From Gnetum montanum (lineage: Eukaryota; Plantae; Gnetophyta): a stretch of DNA of 64,000 nucleotides. Where the stretch lies: positions 344,669 to 408,668 of the forward strand of contig MNCI01002923.1 in assembly GCA_015680685.1 (NCBI GenBank), written 5' to 3'. The notes under the pieces are model-generated. The model did no database searches and had not been told where the DNA came from. It saw nothing but the letters and a program-made list of their open reading frames with translations. The position numbers and the translations under genes are program-made. Shown here in pieces: positions 11,875 to 23,861 of this stretch; the stretch's first letter is position 1, and each line of letters starts with the position of its first letter.

Positions 11875-14723
11875 ATAGCACCAAAGGGAAAACACTCACA
11901 AGAAAGAGGACTATCCCAACTAAGGGACAAATAGCCAAGAACTACCCTAGGAGCAAACAATGGAAACCCATGCAACAGGACCTCTTTGGGATGAGCCCAA
12001 AGTGGAGTCTGTCAAATAGATTCCTAAAGTGGCTACAACTAAACAATTCCACCAAGATGAGGCATCTACACCAAGATCAAACCTTAAGGTCACCTTGAAG
12101 GAGGCCTACCTCAAGTAAATAACATTTAAGTAGGTTTAGAAATCCATGCTTTAGGAACTAAACTTTGGACCCTTCTTGGAATTTTCCCATCCATAAGTCA
12201 AAACAAAACTTTAGAACTCTCTCATATGGCCCATCATCACTTTAAATGGGGAGTGGTACATGGGAGAGAAATATCTCTTTTTGAAAAATAGGAAAGCTAA
12301 TGCCATAGTCAAAATCAAGGACACAACTATGTCCTACTCAATGGAAGCAATCTCTTAGGCCCTTAGGTTTCTTGAAATTGGGACCACTATAGTTGAAATT
12401 CTAATGATAGCAAAGCTAGGCGTTAAGAAAGAATGGATAGAGTAGTGCTATGGAGTGGACCTCAAGGTGTATGGTGCACTCACAATGGTGGAACGTGCTT
12501 ATTTCAAAATTGCAGCTTTCCACATCAATCCAACGATGAGGCCCAGCAAGGTCACAACCTTCTCTGCCCATGCATGCATTGCTCTAAGTGGAAAATTCCT
12601 TGTCAACCTTATATAGTTAATCTATTTAGAGATAGAAAAATGCTTCAAGGAGAATGAATATCGAAGGAAAACACTCCCCTTCCCATGCCTTATTAGAAAA
12701 TTTTGTAGAAGGGAAGGCATAACCAACTACACTAATGATGTAGTTCATCATGCTCCAATCGCTTCTTAGGCAAAGATGATGAAAGACAAAGTGCCTGTGA
12801 AAGTGGCTAGGAAGAGGAGTAATAACCACCACCTTCATCATCCACTCATGAAATAATAATGGAGTTCCATGCTACCATTAAGTGCTTATGTGAACTTTGT
12901 AATCAACTCCTACAGTAGCAGTAGGTAAGAATGAGTGGTGGTGATCCATCTATGTATCGACCAGCCATGAGCCACCTTAATCAAGTGGCTCAAACCATAA
13001 GTCAGATGAAGGATAGGGTGCCAATGTTTTCTACCCAACAAATGCAAGTGTCCATAAGGTTGAACATGAGCACTTGAGAGGTAATGGTGTCCCTCTCTCA
13101 ACAGTAGCAATTCCTAGAAATATCTAGGAATACCACTACCTTTTCAATGTATTTGGAGGAGGGTGAGGGGGCAACTATTCTAGTTATGTAGCACTAAGGG
13201 TAAGAGATGGTAGCCGAAGTGGTTGCTGACAAAGTGGCTCAAGCATTTAAGGTGCTTATAGTGTCTGTGTGAGACATTTCCACACCTAAAGAAGTGTAGA
13301 TGTTCGTAGGTACAATTAGTAGGACATTAAGTGTAGCCTAGCATGAGGAATTATAGGACCGACTAGTGGGAACCAAGCAATTAATTTGCAATATATTTAA
13401 CCTTTCCAATACCATCATTATTATCCAATTGGAGCTACTCAAGACAAGGGGTAAGTGCATCATTATGGAGGGACAACTTAAAATAGCTAGAGTAAAAAAC
13501 CAATGCTTGGCTGCAAGAGTTGCCAAATAAAGAGCCTGCCTCACTGATCCCATAGTACTCAGTCAAGAAAATATGCAGGATGAAGCTTCTTAATAGCTTC
13601 AAGCCAAACTCAAAGAGGCTAAGTATTCCAAAAAGTTGATGGTCTTTGACTAATCCTTAGCCAATGCCACAACATACAACATCTAGAAGAACTTAGTCTA
13701 GACTCACTAAGAGAATGAAGCTCTAACCATTCAAAATCATTACTTGCAAAACGTTGATGGGAAAAAACAAAAAATGTCTAAATTCATCCATCAACATTAG
13801 GAGTAGTTTACTAAGGTAAACACTAAACTAAGGAGGTTGGTATCAAAAAATAGAAATCTCTCAATGGGGGAGGTGCGTGCTCTTTACCAAAATTTTGCAA
13901 TAGAGATCAGCACTTGAAAGAATGACACCCTTAATTTTGAAAGGCTCAAGAACCGCTATAGGAAAAAGGTTGGCTTGCAGAAAGAAATCAACAAAAAAAC
14001 ATATCCAACTAGCAAAGGCAAAGGTGAATGAGACATTCCAGTAGCTTTAGCAAGGAGACAATATTTGAAAACCCATCTTTGATGGACTAAACAAATACAA
14101 AAAAGAATAAATTCACATGAAGGAGTTGTAGATTAAGAAAATGACTAAATACATGGAGCTCACCAACCTTTGATATGCAGACCTAGTAATGCTAGCTTTT
14201 TAGAAAGCCACAGTCAGAGTTGGAGAAGTAGGTGGCCAACTTGTACTTGTTGTATGAGGCCGAGTTTAAACACCATAAAGAGATTAAGTAGAAGCTTGAG
14301 GTTGTAAATGCTAAACTCAACATTCTTAGGGAATGATTCACTAATCAACTATCAACTACTAAGAACCTAGCCAAGATATTGAATGACTACCAGGAGCTAC
14401 AAAATGCTATCAAGGAATTTGACATTGAGTAGAAGCAATTCGCAGCTTGGTTTGTCAATGTGAAGGAGTTGTTCTCAATAATGCCCTATTCGTGGGATGT
14501 TCCTATACTGGCTAATATTGGTGATGTCATGTAGACCATGTATGATCCTTGAAGTAAGGAAGAGAAGATGAAGGCATTGTTAGATGCTTTTCATCTTCTG
14601 CTAGAAGTTGTAGTTGCTATAGGAAAACCACAATCATAGCCTCCACAACAATTGTCATGTGCTCTAGAAGCTAAAAAAGGTCCTTTAGCACCTCAAGAAC
14701 CTCTAGTTCCTGGGACCAATTGA
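11875..14723 (+). pseudogene. Athila env-like accessory ORF (~950 codons): putative plant-transposon-protein (PF20167-like) domain plus long coiled coil
   Basis: Homologous to 16240-19054 and 24947-31060(-). Motif string YHLNPTMRPSKV..SGKFPINLPHLIF..IEKCF..LPF resembles the accessory domain of Athila ORF2. Heptad-rich C-terminal half; lies between INT and PPT. Confidence 0.7.
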
Positions 14724-14972
14724 TCTTCTTCCTCATTTTCAAGGTACCAAATAGGTTGTGCTACTAGTTTTTGTCATGATGTTTAATTTTGTGGTCATGA
14801 ATACCTAATTTTATAATGATTGTAAATCCATATACTTGGGTACTCAATGTCAATTGTTTTTTTATTTGTTTGTCAATAGTTAGTCAATAATTTTACACCT
14901 TCCCAAAATTTTGTAAAAAACTTATTCCTCCATTGTTCACTCAAGGACAAGTTTTCATTCAATCATGGGGTA

Positions 14973-15802
14973 TGATGGAGCATGCATTATTGGGCCTCAT
15001 CGATAGCATGTTGTCAATGCCACCCTATTAATGTAGGGTTTTCCCTATCGACATGGCATCATATCATCTTTTATAAATGTGCACCTACCTACCACATCTA
15101 TGGCATTATTCCATTAATTGTGTAAAGCTCTTACAATTTATTCTTCTTCAAACTTAAAATACTTTCTGAGTGCCCGCAATAGGAGTCATAAAGGTGTATA
15201 GATCTTTATTTGAGCACTAATGTACCTAAGCACCTCAACATGAATGGCAATAAAGATGAGCTTTTCTAATCAAACCTTGTAGTACTTGGAATAGATTAAT
15301 GTTTCCCTTATGCATTTATTATTTATGTACTTTACTTTAATAAATTTTAATTCAGTAATTGATATCGATTAAATAGCAAACATAAGCACAACCACTTTAA
15401 GCATACGTTACACTTGGTAATCTTAGTAGTGCCTAACACTTAGTAATCCAATAGTCTTACAACATGTTCAAGATGTGTACGGAAAGTGGAAACGAATGCT
15501 TATGTTAGAAATAGTTAAACATTAGTTGGTTACTATATTAATTAAACATTTATTACTCTATTTTTAGCACTTAGGAAATTAAAGAAGAAAACACAAAATG
15601 ATAAAAATAATATGCCTCAGTTACACTTAACCATACCTTTGCACTTCACATGTGGAACTGAGAAGACAAAGATCACATTTGTTAATTTCATTGCATAGGC
15701 AAAGTGTACTTAGAGAAGTAAAATCTATGGAATTTGACTAGATCACTTAGTCAATGCTAGTGATTCGTATAGTTAGACGTAGGGATTACTTGCTACTCAT
15801 CA
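14973..15802 (+). repeat. 3' LTR of Athila-like copy 2
   Basis: CATGGGGTA PPT, then TGATG...CTCATCA; homologous to the other family LTRs. Confidence 0.9.
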
Positions 15803-16239
15803 CATGCCAAAACTTAGTAAAATTTTCACATTTTCCTCATAATGCATGGCGAGTTTTTGCAATTTTTTAGAGGTCGAATACTTTCCAAAGCCATAACATT
15901 CATACCACTTGTCTAAATCAACCCATTCTTTGACCCTCACACTACTAGAAGTGAGATTTACATCGTGGGAGCCACAAACCTATGGTTTATGATAAAAAAA
16001 TTTGAAATTTTTCTAACTTCCCAAGGTTCAACTAAAAATAATACTAAAAAACACTAATCTACACTTATTTAAGCCTCATCAACAAACTTGGATAACTAAA
16101 TGAATAAAATAGTAATAAAATAATGAATCTTCCATGATCACAACTAGCCTAAGTATAACTTGCCAAAAAGAAGAAAGGTATCAAAAGTACTAAAAGTTAC
16201 ACATAAAACACTAATCTTTGGTTATGTTTGTGATAATAG

Positions 16240-19054
16240 ATAACACTAAAAAGGGGACCACAAGGAGAAGGAGCATCCCAACCAAGTGAGAAGTGACCAA
16301 GAGGAGGAAGGAGCTAGTAGCCACAACAACCCCAAGAAGAAGAGGCTGAAACCCATGTGACAAGACCTCTTTAGGAGGATCCTGAAGTGGAATCTTTCAA
16401 TCAAATTTTGACAGTGGAGATAGCCTAGTTGAGGAAGGATGAGGTGCCAAGGCCTAGGCCTAATCTATAGGTCATGTTGACCAAGGCTTGCCTTGAACAA
16501 TTTCATTCAAATAAGGTCTAAATTTTGGTTCTTCAAGAACTTAACTTTGGTCCCTTCTTGAAGTTGGCACTAGAGGAAGTTCACACACAATTGTAAGGGT
16601 TCCCCATGTGGCCCATTCTCTCCTCTAATGAAGAAAAATACATGGGGGAAACCTATCTATTTTGGAACAACTAGCTAGTAGATGTCATAATAAAGATTAA
16701 GAACATAAGAGTCTCCTACTTGGTTGAGGGCATTGTGGAGGCCCCCAAACTGCACAACATTTGCAAAAATTTCCACATAAGTGAACCTTGATTCTAAGAA
16801 GGAATGACTCCAATGATGCTATGGGGTGGATCATAAGGAGTACAACACACTCACCAAGGCTGAGGAAACATACTTTAAGATCTTAGCCTACCACCTAAAC
16901 CCAACAATGAGGCCTAGCAAGGTCACTACCTTCTCACCCAATGCATGCGTCACTCTAAGTGGAAAATTCCCTATCAACCTCCCTCATCTCATCTTCCCTA
17001 AAATTGAGAAGTGCTTTAAAGAAAATGAGTGAGGGTGGAGGACCCTCCCTTTCAATTCTTGTTTCAAAAACTTTGTAGAAGGGGAGGTATAGCCTAGTAT
17101 GCCAATCACATACTCTATCATCCTCCTACCACCTCCTGGAAGGAGATGATGAAGGACAAAGTAGTTGCTAACCTACTAGAAGAGGAGTAGCCACCACCAC
17201 CACCTATTGGAAAACAATACCAAAGGCTCACACAACTACTAAATGCATAAGAAAAATTTGTGAATAGTTGTTGCAATAACAACAAGGCAAGGAAAGTGTT
17301 AGGAAACCATTGGTCTTCCAACTAGCATTAAACCATCTCAACGAAGCAACTAGAACCATAAGCTAACTAGAGGAGACTGCCCCATTATTTTCAAAACAAA
17401 GAACACAAGCACCCATGAGAAAAAATCCAAGCACCCAAGAGGTTATAGTGTCCATCCTTGGATAATAATATTTCTAGAAAATTTTTGGGAATGTTTCAAC
17501 TTTCTCAATGTACCTAGAGGAAGGAAAAGACGCTACTATCTTGGTGATGAAACAACACAAATAGAAAACAACAATGAAGGTGATGGCTGATAGAGTGGTA
17601 GAAACACTCAACAATCCTATGATAGCCATGCTAGACATTGTTGAACTCAAAGACGTGTAATCTTCTGCAAGAGCAGGGAGATGAAGGCTTAGTTTGGCCC
17701 AACACAAGGAAGTGTTAAACTAACTAGTGAAAATAGGGCAACTACTTCTAGAGATCTTTATAACCTAGTCAAAGCTGCTAGAAACCAAGGGTAAGCTCAT
17801 CATTGAAAATGGCCAACTTGAGGTAGCCACTACCGAAAACTATTGATTGGTTGCTAAGGTTGCGGGACTAAGAGCCCAGCGAGTTGATCTTGTCATTCTC
17901 AGTCAATCCATCATAAGGGATGAAGTTTTCTTGGAGCTTCAAAACAAACTTAAGGAGGTTGAGAATGCCAAGGAATTGGTAGCCTTTAACACATGCTTAT
18001 CATAAGCTCTCATTGTCAACACCAATAAGGACTTGGTGTAAGTTCGTAAGGAGAACTTAGTCCTTACCAAAGACATCCATTGCCTGCATAATGTTAAAAA
18101 GAAAAAAGACCAAATCATCAAATTTGTGAGGTAGTAGTAGGATCATTTCATCAAGATAAACTTGGACCTTAAGAGTTTGGTAGCCAAAAACATAAATCTA
18201 TCTATGGAGGAAGTCCAAGCGCTTTGCCAAAAAAATAATAATCAAGGTAGTTGCCTGGAAGAATGAGGCCCTAAAATTTGAAAGAGTTAAAAATTATTAT
18301 AGGGACTAGGTGGGGCTACTCAAGGATTTGAGTAAAAAAGAAATTCAACTGGACAAGGTGAAGATGAAAGAGCCCCTCTAGCAACTCCAACAAAGAGATG
18401 ATGTATGATAACCGATCTTTAATGACCTAAATGCCTACAACAAAGCAAAAATACCCCTTAAGGAGTTGCAAATTGAAGAAATGATAGAATATATGAAGCT
18501 CACCAACCTCCAATATGCAAACTTGGTGATGTTAATAGCATGAAGGCTAAGGTCTAAACTAGAAAAGTAGGTGATTGACTCGTACATCCTTTATGAAACC
18601 AAGTTTAAGCATCATAAGGATACCAACAAGAAGCTAGAAATAGCCAATGCCAAGCTTGAAGTTCTCAAGATTCATGTCATAGATTACCAATCAGTTGCTA
18701 AGAACCTAGCTAGAAGGATGAATGACTACTATGAACTACAGAACCTAGTAAAGATGTTTGATATTGAACGTAAACAATTCGTAGCATAGTTTTTCAATGT
18801 CAGGAGTTGTTCCTCATAATGCCCTATTTTTGGAATGTTCATGTATCAATCGATATTGGTAAAGCTACATGGACTATGTACAATCCATGAAGTAAGGAAG
18901 AAAAGATGAAAGAATTAATGAATACTTTTTGTCTTCCACCATAAGTAGTAGCTACAACAGGACAGCCCCAGCTGCAACCACCACCACCACGAGCATCAAA
19001 GCCTAGTAAAGATCTTTCAACATCCCAAGAGCTTCCACCTCTTGCATTACTTAA
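16240..19054 (+). pseudogene. env-like accessory ORF, copy 3
   Basis: ORF fragments 16826-17032 and 18571-18789; colinear with 11875-14723. Confidence 0.7.
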
Positions 19055-19289
19055 TCTCTATTTTGTCTTTGGTATCCAGAGGATTCCCACCATCCATTTT
19101 TGTAAGGATGTCTAATTTTATTTTCTAGGACACCCATTTTTGTAATTTTTGTAATTTCGTACAATTCAACACTCAAAGTTAGTTAATTGAAGTCTATTGA
19201 TCAATAATTCCATACCTTCCCAATTTTTTAAGAAGCTCGATCCTACTTTTGTTCACTTGAATATGAGTTTTTACCCAATTGTTGGGATA

Positions 19290-20922
19290 TGACTAATCAT
19301 TTAAATTGGCTATGTCGACATAGCCCCATTCCATCTATCTTGACACATGCCCGTCAATGCATTCCTACCTCATCTATCTCGACACATGCCCATCAATGCA
19401 GCCCCATTGATGCATGGTTTGATGCATCGACATAGATGCATTAACATTGTCTATTCTTACCTATATAAATGCATGTACCCATTGCATTTATGGCAGGTTA
19501 AGTTAGTAGCCTAGCCAAACTCTTACAATTTTCTTTTGTCAAAGTTAGAATATTTTCTAAGCACCCATAGTAGGACTTCAAGGTTTGTATGAATCCTTAT
19601 TGAAGCATCAATGTAGCTGAACACTTTGATGTGACAGAAATAAAAATAATATTCTTGAAACTCCTTACAGCACTTAAGAATAAATTAATGTTTCTTTTCA
19701 TACAATTTATTATTCACATATTTTACATTTATGTCCTTAGTTAATTAATACACTTAATAATAATGCATAAGTACAACCACTTCGAACACATCACTCAATG
19801 CTTGGTAATCCTTATAGTGGCTATCTGGTATGCCCAACAATACACACTTGGTAACCCAGTAGCATTAAAGTGAGTTCATGATGTGAACGGAAAGTGGGCC
19901 TGAATGCTTATGATAGGTGTAACACTCTCCTTCTTTCCTACCCTTAGGAGGAAAAGCATTACATGGGGAAAAACAAACAACAAAGGTTGATCATGGCAAA
20001 ATAATGAATTGTTTTCATTCTAACGCAACGAAAAAAAAGGCCATGATCAAGAGGAAGAAGAGGTTAAATGACAAGATAATGAGAATAAACTATATCTTTT
20101 ATTATTAAGATGAATAAATATACAAGTAATAAAGAGTTAGATTACAAGCATTTACTAAAAGAAATCTTACATTAATGACATCATAGCTTTCATAATTATT
20201 TCATTTGGAACATCTTACATAAAGAGATATGCTAAGTTCTCATTGTAACTACATAATTCATAATTCATACAAGTCTACTATAAAATATCAAAGTTAGTTA
20301 ACTTAATATACATCTACTAATGAAATGGATACCATATTTTGATTGACTCAAGAATAGGTCTCATGGGGGCTAGGTAAGGCATGGCAACTTGCAAAATAAT
20401 CAATGCAAAGCATACAACCACTATAACATCTGAGATCATCCATCACAAACATGACATAAATCCAATACCATACATCTATCAATGCAAGAATATCCAAACA
20501 CACAACCATCACAAAATTTATCATATGCTAAGCAAAATTAATTATTCTTACAAATATTAATAGTATAAACCATCCTCAATCATTCTAAAATATTTACTAA
20601 AATACATGTTGTTACAATAGCCTAGATAGACAAAGGCATTAAATAGTTAAATAGTTAATGTTCAATTAATTCTCTTTATTTTGCACTTAGATTAAATAAA
20701 ATATAATATACAATATACAATATAAATCATGTGCCTTGGCTTACACTTAACCATACAACTGAGCCTACACAAGTGAAGCTAGGAAGACAATGATCATAAC
20801 TCTCATGACACTATCTTTGTCTAATGGTACACTTAGGGGCTAAGCCCACAAAATTTAACCTTGTCACTAGTGAATGCTTGTGATTTGTATGATTGAGCAG
20901 AGGGACTACTTGCTGCTCATAA
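19290..20922 (+). repeat. 3' LTR of copy 3, interrupted by a solo LTR
   Basis: Follows degenerate PPT GTTGGGATA; homology to the family LTR breaks at 19917 and resumes at 20617; ends TGCTGCTCAT(A)A. Confidence 0.8.
19918..20616. mobile_element. Solo LTR (699 bp) of an unrelated family
   Basis: TGTAACA...TGTTACA 7-bp inverted termini; 5-bp TSD ATAGG/ATAGC; host LTR continuous across it. Confidence 0.85.
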
Positions 20923-20949
20923 AAAATATAAACCTACTTATATATTTTT

Positions 20950-21190
20950 CCTTTAAAATGTAGATAAAATCATCTCATACATGTTCATCTTCATAGTTCC
21001 ATTTTATCATTTCAATATTCCATCATAGATTTTCCTCTCTTTGATGCATGTAAATGGCTAATTAAGCTTTTTCATTATCACTACATTCAAGAGTTGTTAA
21101 AACCTTCTCAACATCATTTAGCCATGCTTCTACCTTAGTTGGATTTGTACTTCCTACAAACATTGATGGTTGCAACTTCAAGAAGGTTTG
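20950..21190 (-). pseudogene. Tekay-type gag (retrotrans_gag) N-terminal remnant
   Basis: Hand translation FLKLQPSMFVGSTNPTKVEAWLNDVEKVL..LAIYMHQREENL*W matches the P-x-F-x-G..WL..EK..WW pattern of chromovirus gag. Confidence 0.8.
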
Positions 21191-21502
21191 AATCAAGTAT
21201 TTCATTCCTCCTCCTTGAAGGCCTAAAGGATGTTGCTTTCAAAGCTCTCATGATTAATGTAAAAATTGAGACATGAATTACATATAAGTATGAAACAATG
21301 TTAGTACCATATTGTTTAAGACTTGAGGTTGATTATTGGCTAATAATCCTTTTGGTGCTTGAACCCCTTCTACTTGTTGTCTTACTTTAGTTAGCATTAT
21401 GGTCTCATTTTGTTACTTAGCATTGTCATTTTTGGATTCACTACCTCTTGTTGACATCCTTCTATTAATCTTTAAAAAGAGTTTAGAAAGTCTCAAAACC
21501 AT

Positions 21503-21514
21503 GCTCTAATATCA
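21503..21514 (-). other. Primer-binding site (tRNA-iMet), degenerate
   Basis: Reverse complement TGATATTAGAGC versus canonical TGGTATCAGAGC (two transitions), 3 nt from the LTR-terminal CA. Confidence 0.75.
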
Positions 21515-22236
21515 CTATGTAATGACTTAACATACCCTAACTTCCAATTTACCTAAATTATAGCCTTAGTAATGTATTTGTAAAAGAAAACAAGATATTT
21601 TAGCATATATAATAAAACTCAAAAAACTAAAACTAAAGTTGAAAGCTAAATGCATTAATAAATTCTTCTACTATAATGTAAGAGAGAGCTATGACTAAGA
21701 GTAATATAATCATGGAATTTATATAACATGGATGTAACTAAGAAAAATGATAGTAAAGCATTTAAACAATCATCAGTGTTCTTACATTAGTCTACTATTA
21801 ACATGATAATTAGAATATCTTCTTAAAAATAGCTTTTTCAATTAGCTTTTCAATCATAAATCCTTTTCACAAGCAAAAGCAACCATGATCATATAACAAT
21901 ACTATTAAGTTTTAGAATATATATATATATATTCTTAATTCAAAAATTATTATATAACACAACCTTTACATGCACACACATCTTACATTATTTAAACCCT
22001 CCTTTAGGGCTTTTTAAAAGAACATAACAAATCTAACACAAAATCATATGTATAGCCAAATGAGAATTAGTAATATGACTATTATACAATCAAAATACAA
22101 GAGGAAATGCATCTGCATACTACACTTCAACCACCTAAAATATATATAGTCTTTATTAGTAAAATCATTATAAGGAATTTTCTTTAGTAGTGGAAACCTC
22201 ATACAACTTATCAACCTCAATGGTATATGATCTATG

Positions 22237-22460
22237 TGCCTTCTTGGAAGCCCACCTCACCGATGCAACAATAGAGCCTAATGGTAAGCTCATAACTCAT
22301 TGATCATAATTGTGTGTGCCATGTCAGAGCCCATCTCTACTGATGCAACCACAAAGGCTAATGGCAAACATCATCATAATTCTACAATGTTCATTGGTCA
22401 TAACTCTAAGTGCCATGTGGAAGCCTATTCCCATTAATGAAACTATAGAGGCTAATGGTA
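22237..22460. repeat. Three degenerate ~80-95 bp tandem units inside the Tekay LTR
   Basis: GTGCC..AGCC..GATGCAAC..(G/C)CTAATGG repeated at ~22237, 22316 and 22410. Confidence 0.7.
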
Positions 22461-22590
22461 TGTACACTATATAATGAGATTCCCATAATTATAAGAGGTA
22501 CTTAACAACATAAGAATAATTAATCTTAAAGCAAAATCATATTTATAAAGTGTGCATCAAATCAAAAATTACTTCTACAATAACTATTGT

Positions 22591-23097
22591 CCTCCTGCTC
22601 CACCTTCCTCTACTCCCTGGCGGCTGGCTGCTCTCTCCTGGGGACGCCGCTCCTGTCGCAATCCTGCCCTCTCGCCCNGGATCAGGGAGGAGCTGTGGCA
22701 GGAGGAGGTGGCCCGGCAGGCCCAGGAGGCGGTCGCCCGGGAGGAGCAGGAGCGTCTGCAGGAGGAGGAGCTGCAACGACAACGCCGGCTCGATCGGGCG
22801 CATCAGCACAGCACTCGCCAGTGGCTTAGGGGGGGGCGCTGCCCGTATACCGTCCTTGGTATTAGTTGTGAGAGCTCTTGGGGGGAACTCAGAAGGCACA
22901 TCCGGCGTATGTCCGCTAGACTCCACCCAGATGCGGGGGATTCGTCGCCGGACCGGCGCAGGCGAGAGGCTCTTCTGCAGGGGTTCCAACAGGCCACGAA
23001 CTTCGTCGACACGGAGGATCATCGGGCCACCCTGGACATGCTACATGAGTTGGAGTTGCCTCGGTGTGCCTGCCACCAGCTGCCGACCCACCCCTAG
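22591..23097 (+). CDS. 5'-truncated ORF: coiled coil plus DnaJ-type J-domain
   Basis: PYTVLGISCESSWGELRRHIRRMSARLHPD..LQGFQQATNFVDTEDHRATLD is in register with the J-domain consensus YEVLGV..EIKKAYRKLALKYHPD..FKEINEAYEVLSDPEKRAIYD. HPD at 22924-22932. No stop from the insertion edge to TAG 23095-23097 (one N at 22678). The listed GTG start at 22552 is in flanking DNA. Confidence 0.8.
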   Translation, partial: PPAPPSSTPWRLAALSWGRRSCRNPALSPXIREELWQEEVARQAQEAVAREEQERLQEEELQRQRRLDRAHQHSTRQWLRGGRCPYTVLGISCESSWGELRRHIRRMSARLHPDAGDSSPDRRRREALLQGFQQATNFVDTEDHRATLDMLHELELPRCACHQLPTHP

Positions 23098-23496
23098 CTC
23101 TTCCCCTCTCCCCCTTGTTCTCGTCCTTTTTTGTTGGGTTCGTCGTGGGGGTGGGGTGTGCCCCCCCCTCCCCCCCGCGTGTTTTTTGCGCTTGCCTTTG
23201 TGCTGTGGGTGCGNNNNNNNNNNNNNNNNNNNNNNNNNNNNNNNNNNNNNNNNNNNNNNNNNNNNNNNNNNNNNNNNNNNNNNNNNNNNNNNNNNNNNNN
23301 NNNNNNNNNNNNNNNNNNNNNNNNNNNNNNNNNNNNNNNNNNNNNNNNNNNNNNNNNNNNNNNNNNNNNNNNNNNNNNNNNNNNNNNNNNNNNNNNNNNN
23401 NNNNNTTCAGGGTGGGCCACCCCCACTTGTACTTATACTTGTATAGTCGTGTACTTTTCTTTCAGTAATACAATCCCGAACATTCTCTCAAAAAAA
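22591..23496 (+). mobile_element. 5'-truncated poly(A) retroposon (LINE 3' end or LINE-mobilised retrocopy)
   Basis: 9-bp TSD AACTATTGT at 22582-22590 and 23497-23505; A-tail at 23490-23498; AATACA signal at 23467; abrupt GC/CpG-rich composition; contains N gap 23214-23405. Confidence 0.85.
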
Positions 23497-23861
23497 AACT
23501 ATTGTACTTGCAAATCCATCGAGTGCTCACAAAGAAAAGTTATACTAATTAATTAAATCAAAATATTTTCAAAAGGTTCTTCCACAAAAGAGGAAGGATG
23601 CTCACACCCAAGCCCATGGCCCTAGATGTCTATGTACCCTTATAGAGTTTCCGATATATCATGGTCATGTTGTTCTTAAATTACAAGATCAAACATGACA
23701 TAGATACACACATCAAAAGGTGTTTAAGATGATTCATGTATAATTGATTATTCATAATAATCTTCATTTCACATAATAAAAGGACCTTAAAAGAGAGTAT
23801 TATCATTTTATCACTCAATAATTATATATTCAAAAATCACACCTAAATAAAGCTTCTATGC

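Larger units (their letters stand above)
4978..15802 (+). mobile_element. Athila-like element copy 2, near full length but decayed (5' LTR fragment, gag-like/PR, RT-RH-INT, env-like ORF, PPT, 3' LTR)
   Basis: Domain order PR-RT-RH-INT, VSMDDFS RT motif, long 3' accessory ORF; LTR fragment 4978-5146 matches 15060-15222. Confidence 0.9.
15803..20922 (+). mobile_element. Athila-like copy 3, 3' part only (env-like ORF, PPT, 3' LTR)
   Basis: Colinear homology with 11450-15802. Confidence 0.85.
20923..23861 (-). mobile_element. Tekay/Del-type chromovirus fragment (part of 5' LTR, PBS, start of gag)
   Basis: Minus-strand gag FLKLQPSMFVGSTNPTKVEAWLNDVEKVLTTLECSDNEK; degenerate tRNA-iMet PBS; LTR terminus ..ATTACA at 21518. 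Confidence 0.75.

Noticed and set aside
22840-22940. Resemblance to the polyomavirus T-antigen J-domain (LG..WG..HPD.G)
   Set aside because: Spacing fits the generic DnaJ consensus without gaps and there are no other viral features; not enough to claim viral origin
22543-23556. Alternative overlapping ORFs (298 aa, 159 aa and others) around the GC-rich insert
   Set aside because: By-products of high GC and N runs; only the 22552 frame has a recognisable domain
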